63,099 nt of DNA, filler included, from Reticulomyxa filosa (GCA_000512085.1; 19 parts of 19 records of this genome joined end to end with filler, not necessarily neighbours in it), one strand, 5' to 3'; positions 48,207 to 60,860 are shown, counted from the whole stretch's first letter. Program-made: numbers and translations. The notes: generated by a model not told the origin, from the letters alone.

Positions 48207-48808
48207 TACAATTGATAAAAAAAAAAGACCCACTAAAATGAACCTTATAAACATTTGCAATTTTATTCACGAAAAATTAAAATTTTTTCAAAATCATTTT
48301 TTAAATGATATATACATCATGTAGAATCTAAAAATGTATTTGATTTTTAATAAAAGTGTATAGAACATTCAAAAATCGTTTATGTTTTTGTTCATTTTTT
48401 GAATTTTGTTAATCCTTTTTTTGTGTGTTTTTTGAAGTGTTTTGTCTTTAGCCCGTTTTTTTTTGCTGAATTTTGTAAAAACAATGAGAAAACATGTACA
48501 ACTTGACAGCTTGGTGAATTAAAGCTTACAAAAGACTTGGCCTTGGTGCTAAGCGCATTGCCACGTTAATTGACCTGTTTCTACAAATAAGAACGCGCTT
48601 AAGCGGCTGAAAAAAATAATTTTGAATGGCGTAAAGTTGGAAACAGCAGAAAATAAAACGTGTAATGTTTTTTACTTTTAATACTTTTCTAAAATTTTCA
48701 AAAAATGAAAAAAAAGATTTTGAAAAAATTTTAATTTTTCATGAATAAAATTGCAAATGTTTATAGGTGTTTATTTTATAGTGGTCTTTTTTTTTGCTGT
48801 TGATTGTA
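48207..48808. mobile_element. MITE-like element, ~600 bp, with long imperfect terminal inverted repeats flanked by TA
   Basis: ~48209-48300 (AAAAGACC..ATAAACATTTGCAATTTTATTCACGAAAAATTAAAATTTTTTCAAAATC) is the reverse complement of ~48715-48806. Both ends read TA|CAAT. No ORF inside. Confidence 0.75.
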
Positions 48809-49518
48809 TTTTTCCTGTGCGAACATAAAAAATTTTACTTTAATGAACTGATTCTACTTCCGGGTTTTGGTATTATTTAACTTTTACACTGCCAATTTTC
48901 ATGTAAATGCTTTAAACTAAATATGTCAAATGTATGTTCTTTTTACTGCCAAAGATATAGCCATTCCTTCTATATATAACTTATTAATCAAATTTAAAAA
49001 CAGCTGAATAAATAAATCTTTAATCATATAAATTGACATGCACAGAAAGAAATTGTTGATGATACATTTATAGAAGATAGAAAGGGCAGAATGAGGTTGA
49101 AGTGATACAAAGAACAGAGCAGCAATATTCGAAAAAACTCTCAAATCCAAAAAATTTGTATGTACTGTAAGACGAAGTGTCTGCTCCAATTTGTAAGAAA
49201 ACAACATAGTATAGAAATCAATTTGACAGCAATGTTTCGTTCGTTCAAAAGAAAAAGGACAAAACACAGCAAAACAACACAAAAATACAACGAGTAGCAA
49301 AAATGCACGCAGACAAACTGTTATGTTATTAAAAAGGGTTTTCGTTTATTAGGCATAATCTTAATGAATTTGCAAAAGTACACATAAGATGGGGCACCTT
49401 ATACATACAAAGGTTTTGTTTTTTTTTTGAACAAAATTTTCTTTCTTTTTCCTGAATATTTAATTTGTAGAAAATTGGTTTATACGTGCCAGGTCACAAC
49501 TTGAACCCAAACTTAACC

Positions 49519-50103
49519 TTACTCAAAGTCATTGCTGTCAATGAACCATTCTACATTGGTATCAAGCCAATAACTTTCGTGACGATTGGCAAACCCAAAC
49601 ACAGTATACATTCCCAACGTCAAAAAATTGAGCATTGTGACATAAAGAAAAACTTCAAAAAAGAAATCAGAAAATTCGGGTTTCAATTTGCATCGAAGTT
49701 GTCCTATTCTCAAATTTGCAATGTGTTTTCTGTAAAAATAAAATTTCCATAACGGCAAAAATAGCAATGCCACACCAAATGTACAAGCAGTGATCCCATA
49801 AAACATTAGGTAATCGTACCAACGCCACTCAAAAGATTGTTTCACATTGCTTCCTATTTTGTTGATTTCTTTTGCTACTTGCTTCCAATCATCCTTTGTT
49901 AAAGTAGAACGGTTTTCTGTTGTCGCTTGTGAAGCTTCTCCTTCTGCACTAATCTGGTATGATGATTTGTTTGTCCATCGGTGAACCGCGTATCCACAAG
50001 TGAGACCAAACAACGTCGTTTTGATCGGCTTGGCTGAACAAAAGGCTTGGGCTGAGCGATGAACTGATGCAAAAAATGGGCGGAAAGATTGATGTAATGC
50101 CAT
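49519..50103 (-). CDS. DUF898/YjgN-like membrane protein with predicted mitochondrial presequence
   Basis: From ATG 50103, MALHQSFRPFFASVHRSAQAFCSAKP is R/S/A-rich with no acidic residues. Two repeats follow (ITACTFGVALLFLPLW..HIANLRIG and LNFLTLGMY..YWLDTN), resembling the TLGIY motif. Confidence 0.6.
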   Translation of the reverse strand: MALHQSFRPFFASVHRSAQAFCSAKPIKTTLFGLTCGYAVHRWTNKSSYQISAEGEASQATTENRSTLTKDDWKQVAKEINKIGSNVKQSFEWRWYDYLMFYGITACTFGVALLFLPLWKFYFYRKHIANLRIGQLRCKLKPEFSDFFFEVFLYVTMLNFLTLGMYTVFGFANRHESYWLDTNVEWFIDSNDFE

Positions 50104-50653
50104 GCCTTTTAGTATAATTGTTAAGTTATCAAGGTTTTTTCTTTTCAATATTTGTTTGAGTGCACTCTGAGTGCTTCGCTTTAAATTAATTTTTATTTGG
50201 CCAAAATTTATTATAGTATTCAATTTCCATAACAGTGAAAAGTGAACGGAAGTAGCTGCAATGTTTGAACCATATAATTTTAGTGTGATAAGCGGATAAA
50301 AAATTTTAATCAGTTTTTTGCGCTTGTAGCAAGAAGTAAGATGAATATAAAAGATTTGCTCAAATAGCGAATGAAAGTGTAACACTATGAAATCACACCC
50401 AAAAGAGGTATGGCACTCCATGGGGTTATACAGATAAGCCTTCCTTTGTGTGGCAATTATTATAAAAATACTTTGATTAGTTTTGACCAAATGCATTACT
50501 ACAAATTTGCATTTTATTTAGACATTTTAGCAGAAGGGTTACACATTAGTATTTGAAAGGATAGACAACTTTTAAAGAACTTTCCAAATAGTGCTGTTAA
50601 TACAAATAAAAAAAACACCATGAGTAATTAAAAAAACTCTAGCAAAACCCTTG

Positions 50654-51759
50654 ATGTTGAATATTGTGGAAGTGGTGGTGATTTCTGGGGTAACAACTTT
50701 TTTGAATCTTCTGTTATTGGGAGTATTTGGCTTTTTGAATTTGAGCAAGCTACGTCGCAGAAGTTCTTATTTTACACCAGCACAGCCAAAAACCCCTTTT
50801 GATGGGTTTGTAAAACAAGAAACAAGTGAAAAAAGCAAAGGAGAAGAAAAAGAAAGTGAAGAAAAGTCGCAAAGCCGAAAACTAGAAAAAGCAGAATTGA
50901 AAGTTAGTAATAAATATTCGACACTTTTGAACGATGCGTACAAAGACTTTGTGAGAGCAGTGAATGGAAAGGAAGAAGAAGGATGGATAAGTTTGGGAGA
51001 AAGCAAAGGCATAAAACGATTCAAGTGAGCCATTTATCGACCTCTTTAAAAAAAAAAAAAAAAAAAGATGCAAGATAAGATGTACGTATAATTGAAATGG
51101 ACATTTTGGAAAAAATAATAATAATAATAAACTAATTAACTAAATAGAAAGGCAGTCGCAAATAGTGGAATAGGTATGTATCGAGGTGAAAAAGTCTTGA
51201 AGTATCCAATGAATGTATTGTTTGAAGCGATAAAAGATCCGAAAGTTCGCATTCAACTAAACGACAATTTGAACCATTGTACTACGTTAGCAACGGTCGA
51301 TACGTATACCAGCGTGGAACTGGAGCAATACAAAGCACCATCGATGTGGATATCACCACGAGAATTCGTGTACTTGCGTTGCACGCACCAATCAGCAGTA
51401 GATGGGATGTTGGTATCTTTTGCACGATCTGTGGATTGGGGGGGTCACCCGCAAACTCGCTCGTTCACAAGAGCGACACTTGCCATTGGGGGATGGGCTT
51501 TCAAGCGTGTCCCAAAAAAAGCTAATGAAACGAATGTAGTATACGTAGTGCAGTGCGATTTGGGAGGAAGTCTGCCATCCTATATCACCAATCAAGTCGC
51601 CCAAGACATTCCTATGACAATACATAAATTGGATTCGTATATGAATCGTTTGAGTGAAAAGGAGATGAGTCAATATGACAAGCCATTACCTATTGAGTTG
51701 ACTGGCATAAGTGATAAGATTGAAGATAAGAATAATGATAATAATAATAATAATAATAA
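50654..51759 (+). CDS. START-domain lipid-transfer protein with N-terminal TM anchor; 3' truncated
   Basis: Exons 50654-51024 and 51148 onward, phase-checked. Motifs GWISLGESKGI, ISPREFVYLR, SFARSV, RATLAIGGW and YVVQCDLGGSLPSYITN. Confidence 0.9.
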
Positions 51760-52159
51760 NNNNNNNNNNNNNNNNNNNNNNNNNNNNNNNNNNNNNNNNN
51801 NNNTTAATTAATTAANNNNNNNNNNNNNNNNNNNNNNNNNNNNNNNNNNNNNNNNNNNNTTGAGCTTTTTTTGAGATGTTTTGTGATGATGCAAGATGAA
51901 AAAAATGTTTGAATTTTTGCTTAAAAAAGGAAAAACTGAACTAAGAAACATTTTGAAATGAAAGATGAATGTTACATTTTGTAAAAATCTTTGCAACAAT
52001 TTTACAATGTAAAAATTTTAAAATTAAAAAATAGAATGTTACTTATTTTTGAATTTTATATTAAATCTGTGCAAGCAGAAATGCTTTTCAGAATAAATTG
52101 TAAGATATTTGAATAAGTGTTTATATTTACAATTATTCTTTTAATGCTAACAATTTCAA

Positions 52160-53540
52160 TTCAATTTTTATATTTCATTAAAAATGGCAAAGATACAACA
52201 ATGTTAATGTCCATAAATGTCCTTAAGCAAAGGTATGCATATCTTTGATTGCGATCAGATGAGCACGTAAGTGAATGTACAAATTGTACACTACAAAATT
52301 TACAAATCAAAAGCGATAATAACAAAAAAACGTATTTGAGTAATTCTTGTTGAGAACCTCTTTTCATTTGTTTGATTTGATTATTTTTCAATTAGAGTAA
52401 TTGAGTGACTAAATCAAAATATAATTTCATATTTGTAATTAGATGGCCTTCTAAATTGTTATTGAAGCGTGTATAATCACAACCAAATGATTTGAATTGA
52501 ATTCAAAGGACACCCATTGATTAAATAAGTATTTAAATCACATGTAATCACTCCGGGTGTTTTTCCATTAGTGTCTTTGGCTCTTTTTCAAATTGTCTTA
52601 TTCACATCACTGTTAAATCTAATTTATCTTCGTGCTAAATTACTTCTTGAATATTGACATTTGTGATGTGATTGAATTGGAAAAGGGTTATTTGTGGTTT
52701 TCAAGAGATAATTTCTAAAAAAAAGTCTACAAATACTTAATATGAAATAAAATTACTATTTTTGGAAAAATCTATGTTTTTGATAAATGGATAATTGAAT
52801 AAAGAATGTAATTCCTTTTTTTTTTATGCAAAGCAGAAGAATGTTCTGTTTGAAGATTTTCCTGTTCAAAAATAAATCCAAACTTATAAAAATCAATCAT
52901 CACCACTGCTTATTCTCTTTTCAATCTGTTTTCATTTGCAAGAGAGAATTAGAAAGTTCTCACACTGAACTATTTCTGAACATAAAATTCCTTCCCCTTC
53001 TAAGAAAGTATCCACGTGAATAGTGCAATCGATAAAAAAAAGTCTTTTAATGATTACATCTGAGTAATAGAAAGTGTGCAATTCTTAAGTTTTTCATGTT
53101 CCACAATTTTGTTGAAAAGAAAGAAATGTATTGAATTATTTGCTTTTGAATGTTCTATTTGGAGAGATACACTTATTTATGTGATAAATATTTTAAACAG
53201 TCATTTCATATCAATGAAATAAAATGACATTTTCCTTTTTTATTTAGATCAACTGATAGTCATCGAACACTGTTATGAATAATTGAAATAAAGACACTTT
53301 TATTTTATTTTTTGATTCTATTCATCAAATTTTTAATTTGATATGAAAAAATTGTCTGATGACAACACAAAAAATAAGAACCTCTTATTCAATACGTATA
53401 TTGCAAATTGTGTAAAATGTTCATATTATAGTAGGAATGTCATTTATTCTTCATCACAAGGTAAAATGATTCGTTTGGGAATTTCAAATTTTATCAACAA
53501 TTGCAATCATTCAATAAACACACAAAAAGTATAAGGCATA
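52160..53540. pseudogene. Heavily decayed relics of coiled-coil/TRAF/WD40 family genes
   Basis: Minus strand NQIKQMKRGSQQELLK; plus strand EFKG..LNKYLNH (TRAF-like) and CVKCSYYSRNVIYSSSQGKMIR (WD40). Confidence 0.45.
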
Positions 53541-53822
53541 TGAATGTACTTCATTTGCTCAAACATGCTCCACTATGTGAGCAAATAAACAGTACCAGCA
53601 GCTCAGCAAGCACACATATTGNNNNNNNNNNNNNNNNNNNNNNNNNNNNNNNNNNNNNNNNNNNNTTAATTAATTAANNNNNNNNNNNNNNNNNNNNNNN
53701 NNNNNNNNNNNNNNNNNNNNNTTTGTAATGATTGATACTGCCACCAACTCAAAATGAAATATTCCGTAAGTCTTACTTCAGCGCTTTACAAAGTAATTGT
53801 AATAAAATCGACAGATAAAACA

Positions 53823-54640
53823 GTCAGAAAAACGGTGAAAGCAATTATTTAAAATTAGCTTCGATTTTAAATAGTGAATTAGGATATTACTGGTTTTAAT
53901 AAAATTGTTATTAAGTATGTTAGGTTATCTTCATTGTTCAAAATGCAGTCCAAATACTTTAAATTGTTGAAAGTTATACAATTGCATAAGAATATATTAA
54001 ATACTGTACAATTTTCAACTGAAAGGTACAAGATTGTTTCGTAATCTGATTATAAAAATATGATGTTATGGGATTTTGTATCGGAACAAATATAAATATT
54101 TGAAGGAAATCTTAGTTAGGTGTATGTTGCAAAATTTTCACATGTTAGAAGTTATATAATTTTTTTGTCGCATTACACAACAATGCAATTGTGTGCAGTA
54201 AGATCGAGAAAGATATAATTAAATTAGATGATGTCTAAGTTTAGTATGTAGATTTTTCTACATATGATAAATATATTTTATCGAGTTCATATGATAAAAT
54301 AATAAGTATATGTGATTTAAAGCAGAAAAGAGATTAAAGAATTAGTATTCATTCAGGTGGAGTGTTGCAATTAAAATTTTCAATATATAGTTAAATTGTT
54401 TATTATCTTTAGAATATTTATTTGCTTCAAAATATTCTACAGAAAGTAAACTATTATATCATGGTTATAAGATATTATTTAAATATATATATTAAAGTGC
54501 ATTCCGATACTGTGAAAGCTGTCGATATTTCATCATATAGAAATAAAATTGATGTTCTTTTGATCATACAATATGAACTTTGGAATAACAAAATACGTAA
54601 AACAGAATTTTTCTGTTGCAATATTAGTATATAAGAACTT
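53823..54640 (+). pseudogene. Decayed box + FSPDG-type WD40 gene
   Basis: TCAGAAAAACGGTGAAAGCAATTATT..TTCGATTTTAAATAGTGAATTAGGAT..AATAAAATTGTTATTAAGTATGT is a box-like exon. After an intron come SKYFKLLKV..NTVQFST and LSSSYDKIISI, with many stops. Confidence 0.65.
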
Positions 54641-54821
54641 TTATTACGTATCATTACGTATATAATGTAAACATATATGATAATTTAACAATTTAAAAAC
54701 AATAAATTAGATTATTATGTTNNNNNNNNNNNNNNNNNNNNNNNNNNNNNNNNNNNNNNNNNNNNTTAATTAATTAANNNNNNNNNNNNNNNNNNNNNNN
54801 NNNNNNNNNNNNNNNNNNNNN

Positions 54822-54959
54822 TTTTTTTTTTTTGTTGAACATTAGCATTGCTCCTGTAATTCCCCCTGTTGATTGATCTCGCCATACAACTTTTGAGATT
54901 TATTTGTTTTTTTTTGATATTTTAAAGATTAAATTAAAACTTAAATTTTTTTTTTTCAC
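54822..54959 (-). repeat. Left arm of ~138-bp inverted repeat (A-tailed unit)
   Basis: Reverse complement of 55960-56098, apart from homopolymer length. Confidence 0.95.
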
Positions 54960-55169
54960 AACTTGCAATTGATCTGATAATGCCTTCTTTTAAATTTTTT
55001 AAGTAAAATTCAATTTTTTGTTTTGTTTTTACTACTTTACTGTAATGTTTGAATGTGAGATTTCCTTGTTTTGTTTTTTGAGAAGTACTGTTAAATCTTT
55101 GACGAGGTGTTTCTTTTAACTTGGAAAGGAACCTTTACATTGGCTTTTAGCCACATCTAAAAAAAAAAC

Positions 55170-55739
55170 ATCAGGAACATGATTGAAGCCCAGTCATTTG
55201 AGAAGATTGTACTCCACAAGTTGGAAGTACATGAGCGTAGATTTGTTTGCAGATTGACCACAGGCAAAGTGGGATTGAATGGATTTCTGTTCAAGATTAA
55301 AAGATCAATCACAAGTGGTGTGAAGATGAAGAAGAAACTGTGGAACATTTCCTAATGGAGTGTCCACATTATGAAGGACTTGGTGCCGTGAAATCATTGT
55401 TGCCGCATTTTCAATTCAATATATCGAACCTGGACACAGAAAAGAATTAAAATTGTCAAGGACTTTCAAAGTCCGTTGTCGCAACGAAGGAAAATTTAAA
55501 TAAACTGATTGATAAATTTTAAACAACTTTATATTTCTTTTACGTTTTGTGACAATTGTAATTATTTTTCGTTTTCTTTTATTAGTGCCATGACCTATTT
55601 TGGTCTAGGTGCTTTAACTTGCTTTTGTTTGTATGCATGGTGTTCAGAGTAAGGGCGCAAAATCAGTGAAGTGCGGATGATGAAGAAGGAGTAGGCTGAA
55701 ACTTTCACAGCCCTCCCGGTGCAAAAGCTTAAAAAAAAA
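55170..55739 (+). mobile_element. 3' end of a non-LTR retrotransposon: C-terminal zinc-knuckle region, 3' UTR and short poly(A)
   Basis: RFVCRLTTGKVGLNGFLFKIKRS, then after a frameshift CEDEEETVEHFLMECPHY. A GGCTG..CAGCC hairpin and A9 follow at 55731-55739. Confidence 0.8.
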
Positions 55740-55749
55740 GTTTTTCGAT

Positions 55750-55955
55750 AGAGATCAGGTTGATCCATCTCTCTTTGAATCTTGCTTTTTTTGCCACTGC
55801 ATCTGCTATTTCATTCCCAGGTATTCCAGAATGTCCTTTAATCCAATAGATTTCAGGAATATCTTTTTCTCCAAGTTTTTTCGTCATTCTTTGGATTGCA
55901 TTTGTTGAAAACCGAGTTCACAACAAATTTACAATCAGAAAGAATAACAACAACA
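55750..55955 (-). mobile_element. RNase H fragment of a retrotransposon
   Basis: VILSDCKFVVNSV, then IYWIKGHSGIPGNEIADAVAKKA (RNase HI C-terminal motif WxxGHxGxxGNExAD). Confidence 0.85.
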
Positions 55956-55959
55956 ACAA

Positions 55960-56098
55960 GTGAAAAAAAAAAATTTAAGTTTTAATTTAATCTTTAAAAT
56001 ATCAAAAAAAAACAAATAAATCTCAAAAGTTGTATGGCGAGATCAATCAACAGGGGGAATTACAGGAGCAATGCTAATGTTCAACAAAAAAAAAAAAA
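55960..56098 (+). repeat. Right arm of ~138-bp inverted repeat (A-tailed unit)
   Basis: GTG-A11-TTTAAG..GTTGTATGGCGAGATCAATCAACAGGGGGAATTACAGGAGCAATGCTAATGTTCAAC-A13. Confidence 0.95.
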
Positions 56099-56243
56099 TA
56101 ATCCTTCATCATCGAGCTAAACTTTTGGAAAAAAAAGTTATATNNNNNNNNNNNNNNNNNNNNNNNNNNNNNNNNNNNNNNNNNNNNTTAATTAATTAAN
56201 NNNNNNNNNNNNNNNNNNNNNNNNNNNNNNNNNNNNNNNNNNN

Positions 56244-56372
56244 AAAAATGTATTTTATTTTTAATAAAATAGACCAAATTAAAAAAATTGCACTTTTTAT
56301 TTTATTTTTTCTTAAAAAAAAGTTCTTTTTTTTTAATTGTATTCACTTTTATTAAAAACAAAATACATTTTT
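56244..56372. repeat. Small AT-rich fold-back repeat
   Basis: 56244-56269 AAAAATGTATTTTATTTTTAATAAAA pairs with 56347-56372 with one mismatch. A similar motif occurs at ~48330-48358. Confidence 0.6.
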
Positions 56373-56449
56373 GGACTCACAATGGTATATATATTTCATT
56401 TAAGCAAAAGTTTGAAAAGTTTTTTTTCTAAATCAAATTGCAAGTTTTT

Positions 56450-57100
56450 ACGCTAGTTCATTTAGATAAGTTCACCTTATAATATTGAGGATAAATCACT
56501 TCCTTAAAATTACGAGCATTAGTTTTAGCAAAAAAGATACTTAATTGTACACATTGTTCAAGACTTGAACATAAGACAAATAAAATTTTTTGAAAAAAAC
56601 ATAAATACAGGTATTCTGTGATTTTAATTTTCTTCTTGGTATGATATCAATACTTTTTAAAAGTCAATTTTCTATGCTTGTAGACTTGAAATAATCTCAT
56701 TTCTTTTGATAGCATAATTCCATAAAAAAATTAATTTTCTGATATATCTTATATGCAAAGAAACATGATTATAAAGATCAACTTTAGGGCATACAGTATT
56801 TACTGAGCCATCAACTCATTACAAGAAGTCAAATAATTGTAATGCCTAAACGATCTCATTGATGATTAATTATTATAGACAACAAATATTCATGTTGTAA
56901 TAAAATTTTCTCAAAATAAGAAAATAATTTATAATTGTTACATCGTCTGAATATCATTTAAATTTGTTTATTTTATTCAAATTGTATATTATTAGCATCC
57001 AGATGTCCTTGAGTATTCATTTTTAATAAAGTTAATTCATCGATTAGACAAAAGCTAATATTATTAAAATATTTCATTTTCCATTTGCTAGTGTAACCAC
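56450..57100 (-). pseudogene. Very decayed WD40 relic
   Basis: Traces such as LKGHLDA and YSDDVT on the minus strand, with no sustained frame. Confidence 0.35.
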
Positions 57101-57755
57101 ATAAACAATTTTTTCATAAACACTAAATAAATACAAAAAAATTCTTGTCGACTCTAAAAAGTTTTTTTATGTAGTTTTTTTTCGAGAAAGGCCGAATAAA
57201 AAAAAATCTTATTATTTTTTGTTGACAAAATGAACGTCAAGCATATTATCATAAATTATTCTGATAATATAAAAAAACAATATCAAGTTTTTTGGTTTGA
57301 CATTCGTGTGGTAATGACAAGATGTTGTCTGAATAATGATATTTCATAAATTCAATTGTTTTTTTATTTGGGCAACACAAAAAAAAGGCGAATCTCTTTA
57401 GGAAAACAAATTCCCTTGTTCAGGAGACTGCTCAACAAAACAGTCCCTTTTTTTCCCCGCAATCGACATTAAAAAATTCAGATTTATCTGAGTACATCTT
57501 AACAATTAAAACAGTTTTTTAGAGTGCCTTTTATACCATGCAAAAAAAACAGTATATCTTTTTCTCACCAAAACATTCGAATTGCTTTAATTATTTTGAA
57601 TTCCTTTTCTTTATCCAATAAAAATAAGAAAAAAATATAACAATTTGTTTTGACTGCTTACTGAAGATGAAATTAATTTTAAATGGATTAAAAGATCATT
57701 TGAAACAAATAAATTTTTTACTCCTTTCTTCTCTTTTTAATAACAAATGATAATA

Positions 57756-60087
57756 TCACTTTGACGATTTCAAAAAATTTTGAATTTTTTGTTGCAAAAG
57801 AGAATCAGGAAAGAGCTTTAACTCTCCGTCAAGTGTCAAAGAAGAATATGAAAGATTATGATAATGATTAATAATTGATGATCGATCATAAGTGACACCA
57901 TCCAAAGCAATGACAGGATCAGCCATTATACGTTTGGATAATGGACATAAATATTCTTTCGGAATGTCTTCTTGACCACGCGACATAGCATCTATCGGAT
58001 AAGTATGACAAGTTTGAGCAAATGAATCATGAATAATACATGCTTGAGAAAACATTTTTAATTCAAATATATCCATCCAGTCTTTCTTTGACATTTTCAG
58101 TAATGCCATTGAATCGATTGTATTTTTTTGAATAGTTTGATGAAAAAGATTTATCTTGGATTTTTTGCATTTCAAAGTGTGACCAATGAAAATGGCAATT
58201 TCTTGTGAATTCCATTTGTGCCATTTTTGTTGCAATTCCTTCCAGTGTTCGTCAATCCACTTTTGGTTGTCTTGTGTCAATTTTTGTAAATCCTCAGTGA
58301 ATCTACCAAAACCTTTGATGAATGTGTCATTAAATGCAAGCAGTTCGTCAATATAACCTATTTCTTGTTTCTTTTGCTGTTTTTGAAATTCCAAGTCACT
58401 TTCCATCCAACACAAATCATTGTATTGTTTTGCACACTCGGTATATCTCATAACCGCTTCATCTGCTCCTTTTTTCAATTGTATTTTTTGTAAATATTTT
58501 TCATCAATCTTTTGTTTTATCAAGTTTTGTTTTTCAATTATTTCATCAAACTCTTTTGTTGTGGTATTGACATCAATCTATACAATCCCAAACTGACTCA
58601 ATCTGATTTGTGTTATATCACACAAAAACAAAACAAAATAAAACAAAAAAAACAAACTTTGATTGATGTTCGATGTCCAAGTAATGTTTTAATGATTGAT
58701 GGAATAGAATTTGCTCGGGTAAAATCATTATTTCTGGCCTGTTCAAAGGCACCATCAAAACTCCAAATATCATCCCAATTCATTTCATTCAATTCCGTTC
58801 TTTTTTCTTCATCCCATTCTTTCAATTGTTTGTCCAATGCCTCCATTCCTATTTTTCTGCTTTCCCATTCTTGTGAGATCTTAAAGTCCTTTTTGATTCT
58901 TTTCACTTCACCGCAATGTCGCTCCTTTTCAATTGGGATTACAATATGGTCTTTCAAACTTAATTCTTGATGTCACTTTTTTTAATAATTCCGTTTTTCG
59001 TTTCGCTCTTATCGTTATTTCTTTCAATCTTGCAATTTCTTTCTTTAATTCATACGCTTTTGGCAGTTCCAATAATTCTGCTTTTTCAAATAGTTGTTCT
59101 ATATTCATACTCACATGCATTTTTAGTTCATTATTTCCATTCAATCCACCAATAACATGAACATTTGTATCATCATTCAAAATTGCAAATGATAAAGAAA
59201 TTTTCATTGGTAATGTGATTTTGCACTCATTCCATGTTTTATCTTTCATTGAATATTTATACACACTATTTATTTTTTCTTGTGTGTGTGTGGCTATTTC
59301 TTCCTCCAAATAAGAATATAAAATCATAAATATGCGCAAATGAATAAAAAGTGAAATCATTTAAGGAATGACAAATTGGTAATTTTTCATAATGAAATGT
59401 TTGATTTTGTTCATCATATTTTATTAATAATCCCGTGTTTCGACAAAATAATATGAAATGATTGATCACTTTCTCATTGTTCATTGTCAATGGCACAAAA
59501 CAATGATATTGAATTCCAAATTTGTTTTCTCTTTTGGTATTATGCCATTTTTCAATGGTTTCATTGTCTTCAAATCAATCACTTTAATGTTTCGTGAAAA
59601 TTGTGTAATAAACAATAAATCATTATTTTTCCACCAATCAATCCACGCACTCCTATTAAATTATCTTCAAATTTTCCGATGTTGGTATCTTCGTTATGTC
59701 GTATCCAAGTATTGAAAGATTGATTTTCAGATTTTAAGTTACTATGGTGATTATGATCGCTAATTTCCCAAACACTTTTATATTTCATGGAAAATGTTTG
59801 TTTCATTGTATCTTTACCTTGTCCTCCAAAAGATAACAAATCAATTTCATTGGGATTGGTTTGTGAATGAATCAATTGTACTACACAATGTCCACTTAAT
59901 TTAACATCATTGGGATAAGAGCAGATGTATTTGTATTGTTTTTTCAGAGTATGATATGAGTAACAGTCGTTAGTTTGTTTGCCACCACAAATAAGAAGTT
60001 CCTCCTTGAACAAAATACATTGTGTTGCTGTGAATGATTTGGGTAATTCAGGCAACTTTGAAAGCTATTGTTGACTTGAGTGGACAT
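57756..60087 (-). pseudogene. Kelch - coiled coil - SAM - U-box protein; several frameshifts (pseudogene or homopolymer errors)
   Basis: Kelch motifs ELLICGG, LLSFGG, GVRGLIGG, IFLFGG and VHVIGG. SAM-like WNSQEIAIFI..IDSMALLKMSKKDW. U-box IPKEYLCPLSKRIMADPVIALDGVTYDRSSI..LFPD..LQQKIQNF. Confidence 0.85.
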
Positions 60088-60199
60088 ATCAAAGATGAGC
60101 TTTTCTTTTTTGAAGTTCTTATTTTTTTAAAAAGGGGGTATTCAAATGGCAAAAAAATTGAAGATGTTTCAAGTATTGTTTTCTTCATTGCGAATCGCT

Positions 60200-60860
60200 A
60201 CTAATTTGTTAGCTATAATGAATAGGCAAAGTATACTCTAGTGTAATCCATGTATTTTCTTGTATTGAATACTTGTGCACCGATTTTGAAATGACATTAT
60301 AATTGTAATTACATCCACCAAAGATATCATTTATACACATATGCATAACAAAACAATATTGCAATATCCTTACAAACAGGAAGTTGATGAAATTGCTGTT
60401 ATCTTCGTTATATTCAATTGATACTCTTACACTTTCATGGAACAACAGCATTTTATAATTTTGTTTATTTTTTTCTTCATTTGTTTTCATTGTTATTTCT
60501 CGTCATTGTCCATTTTCTGACCTTGGTATGAAGCAATGATAAATTACCAACTAATTTCTTTTATTTATTTTCATGTTTAATAAATTGAAATATATTTAAG
60601 TCAAACACACTAATATTATCTCCTATATAAGTGATAAATAACAAATAATTGTTAATTCCAACAATCAATACACGTACTCCAAAATAATAATCATTATCTC
60701 TTCCAATGATAATTGAATAATTGTGATCGTCCGTAAAAGGAGTCCATTGATTGTAATCTTTAATTCATTTAATTTGTCTGATATATTATTCCAAACGCTT
60801 ACATATTTCATCCAATGTATGTTTTTTTCCAAGCAAAGAAGATCCAAAAGACAATAAGGT
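60200..60860 (-). pseudogene. Kelch pseudogene
   Basis: TLLSFG, MKYVSVWNNISDK, NYKMLLF..IEYNED and IFGG..SKSVHKYSIQENTW in shifting frames. Confidence 0.8.

Noticed and set aside
50104-50496. N-terminal 130-aa extension of the 49519-50496 ORF
   Set aside because: It has the composition of AT-rich non-coding DNA. ATG 50103 gives a plausible presequence start.
55670-55715. Possible hammerhead ribozyme in the LINE 3' UTR (GATGA..GAAAC)
   Set aside because: It lacks the CTGATGA core and consistent stems. Only a short GGCTG/CAGCC hairpin is supported.
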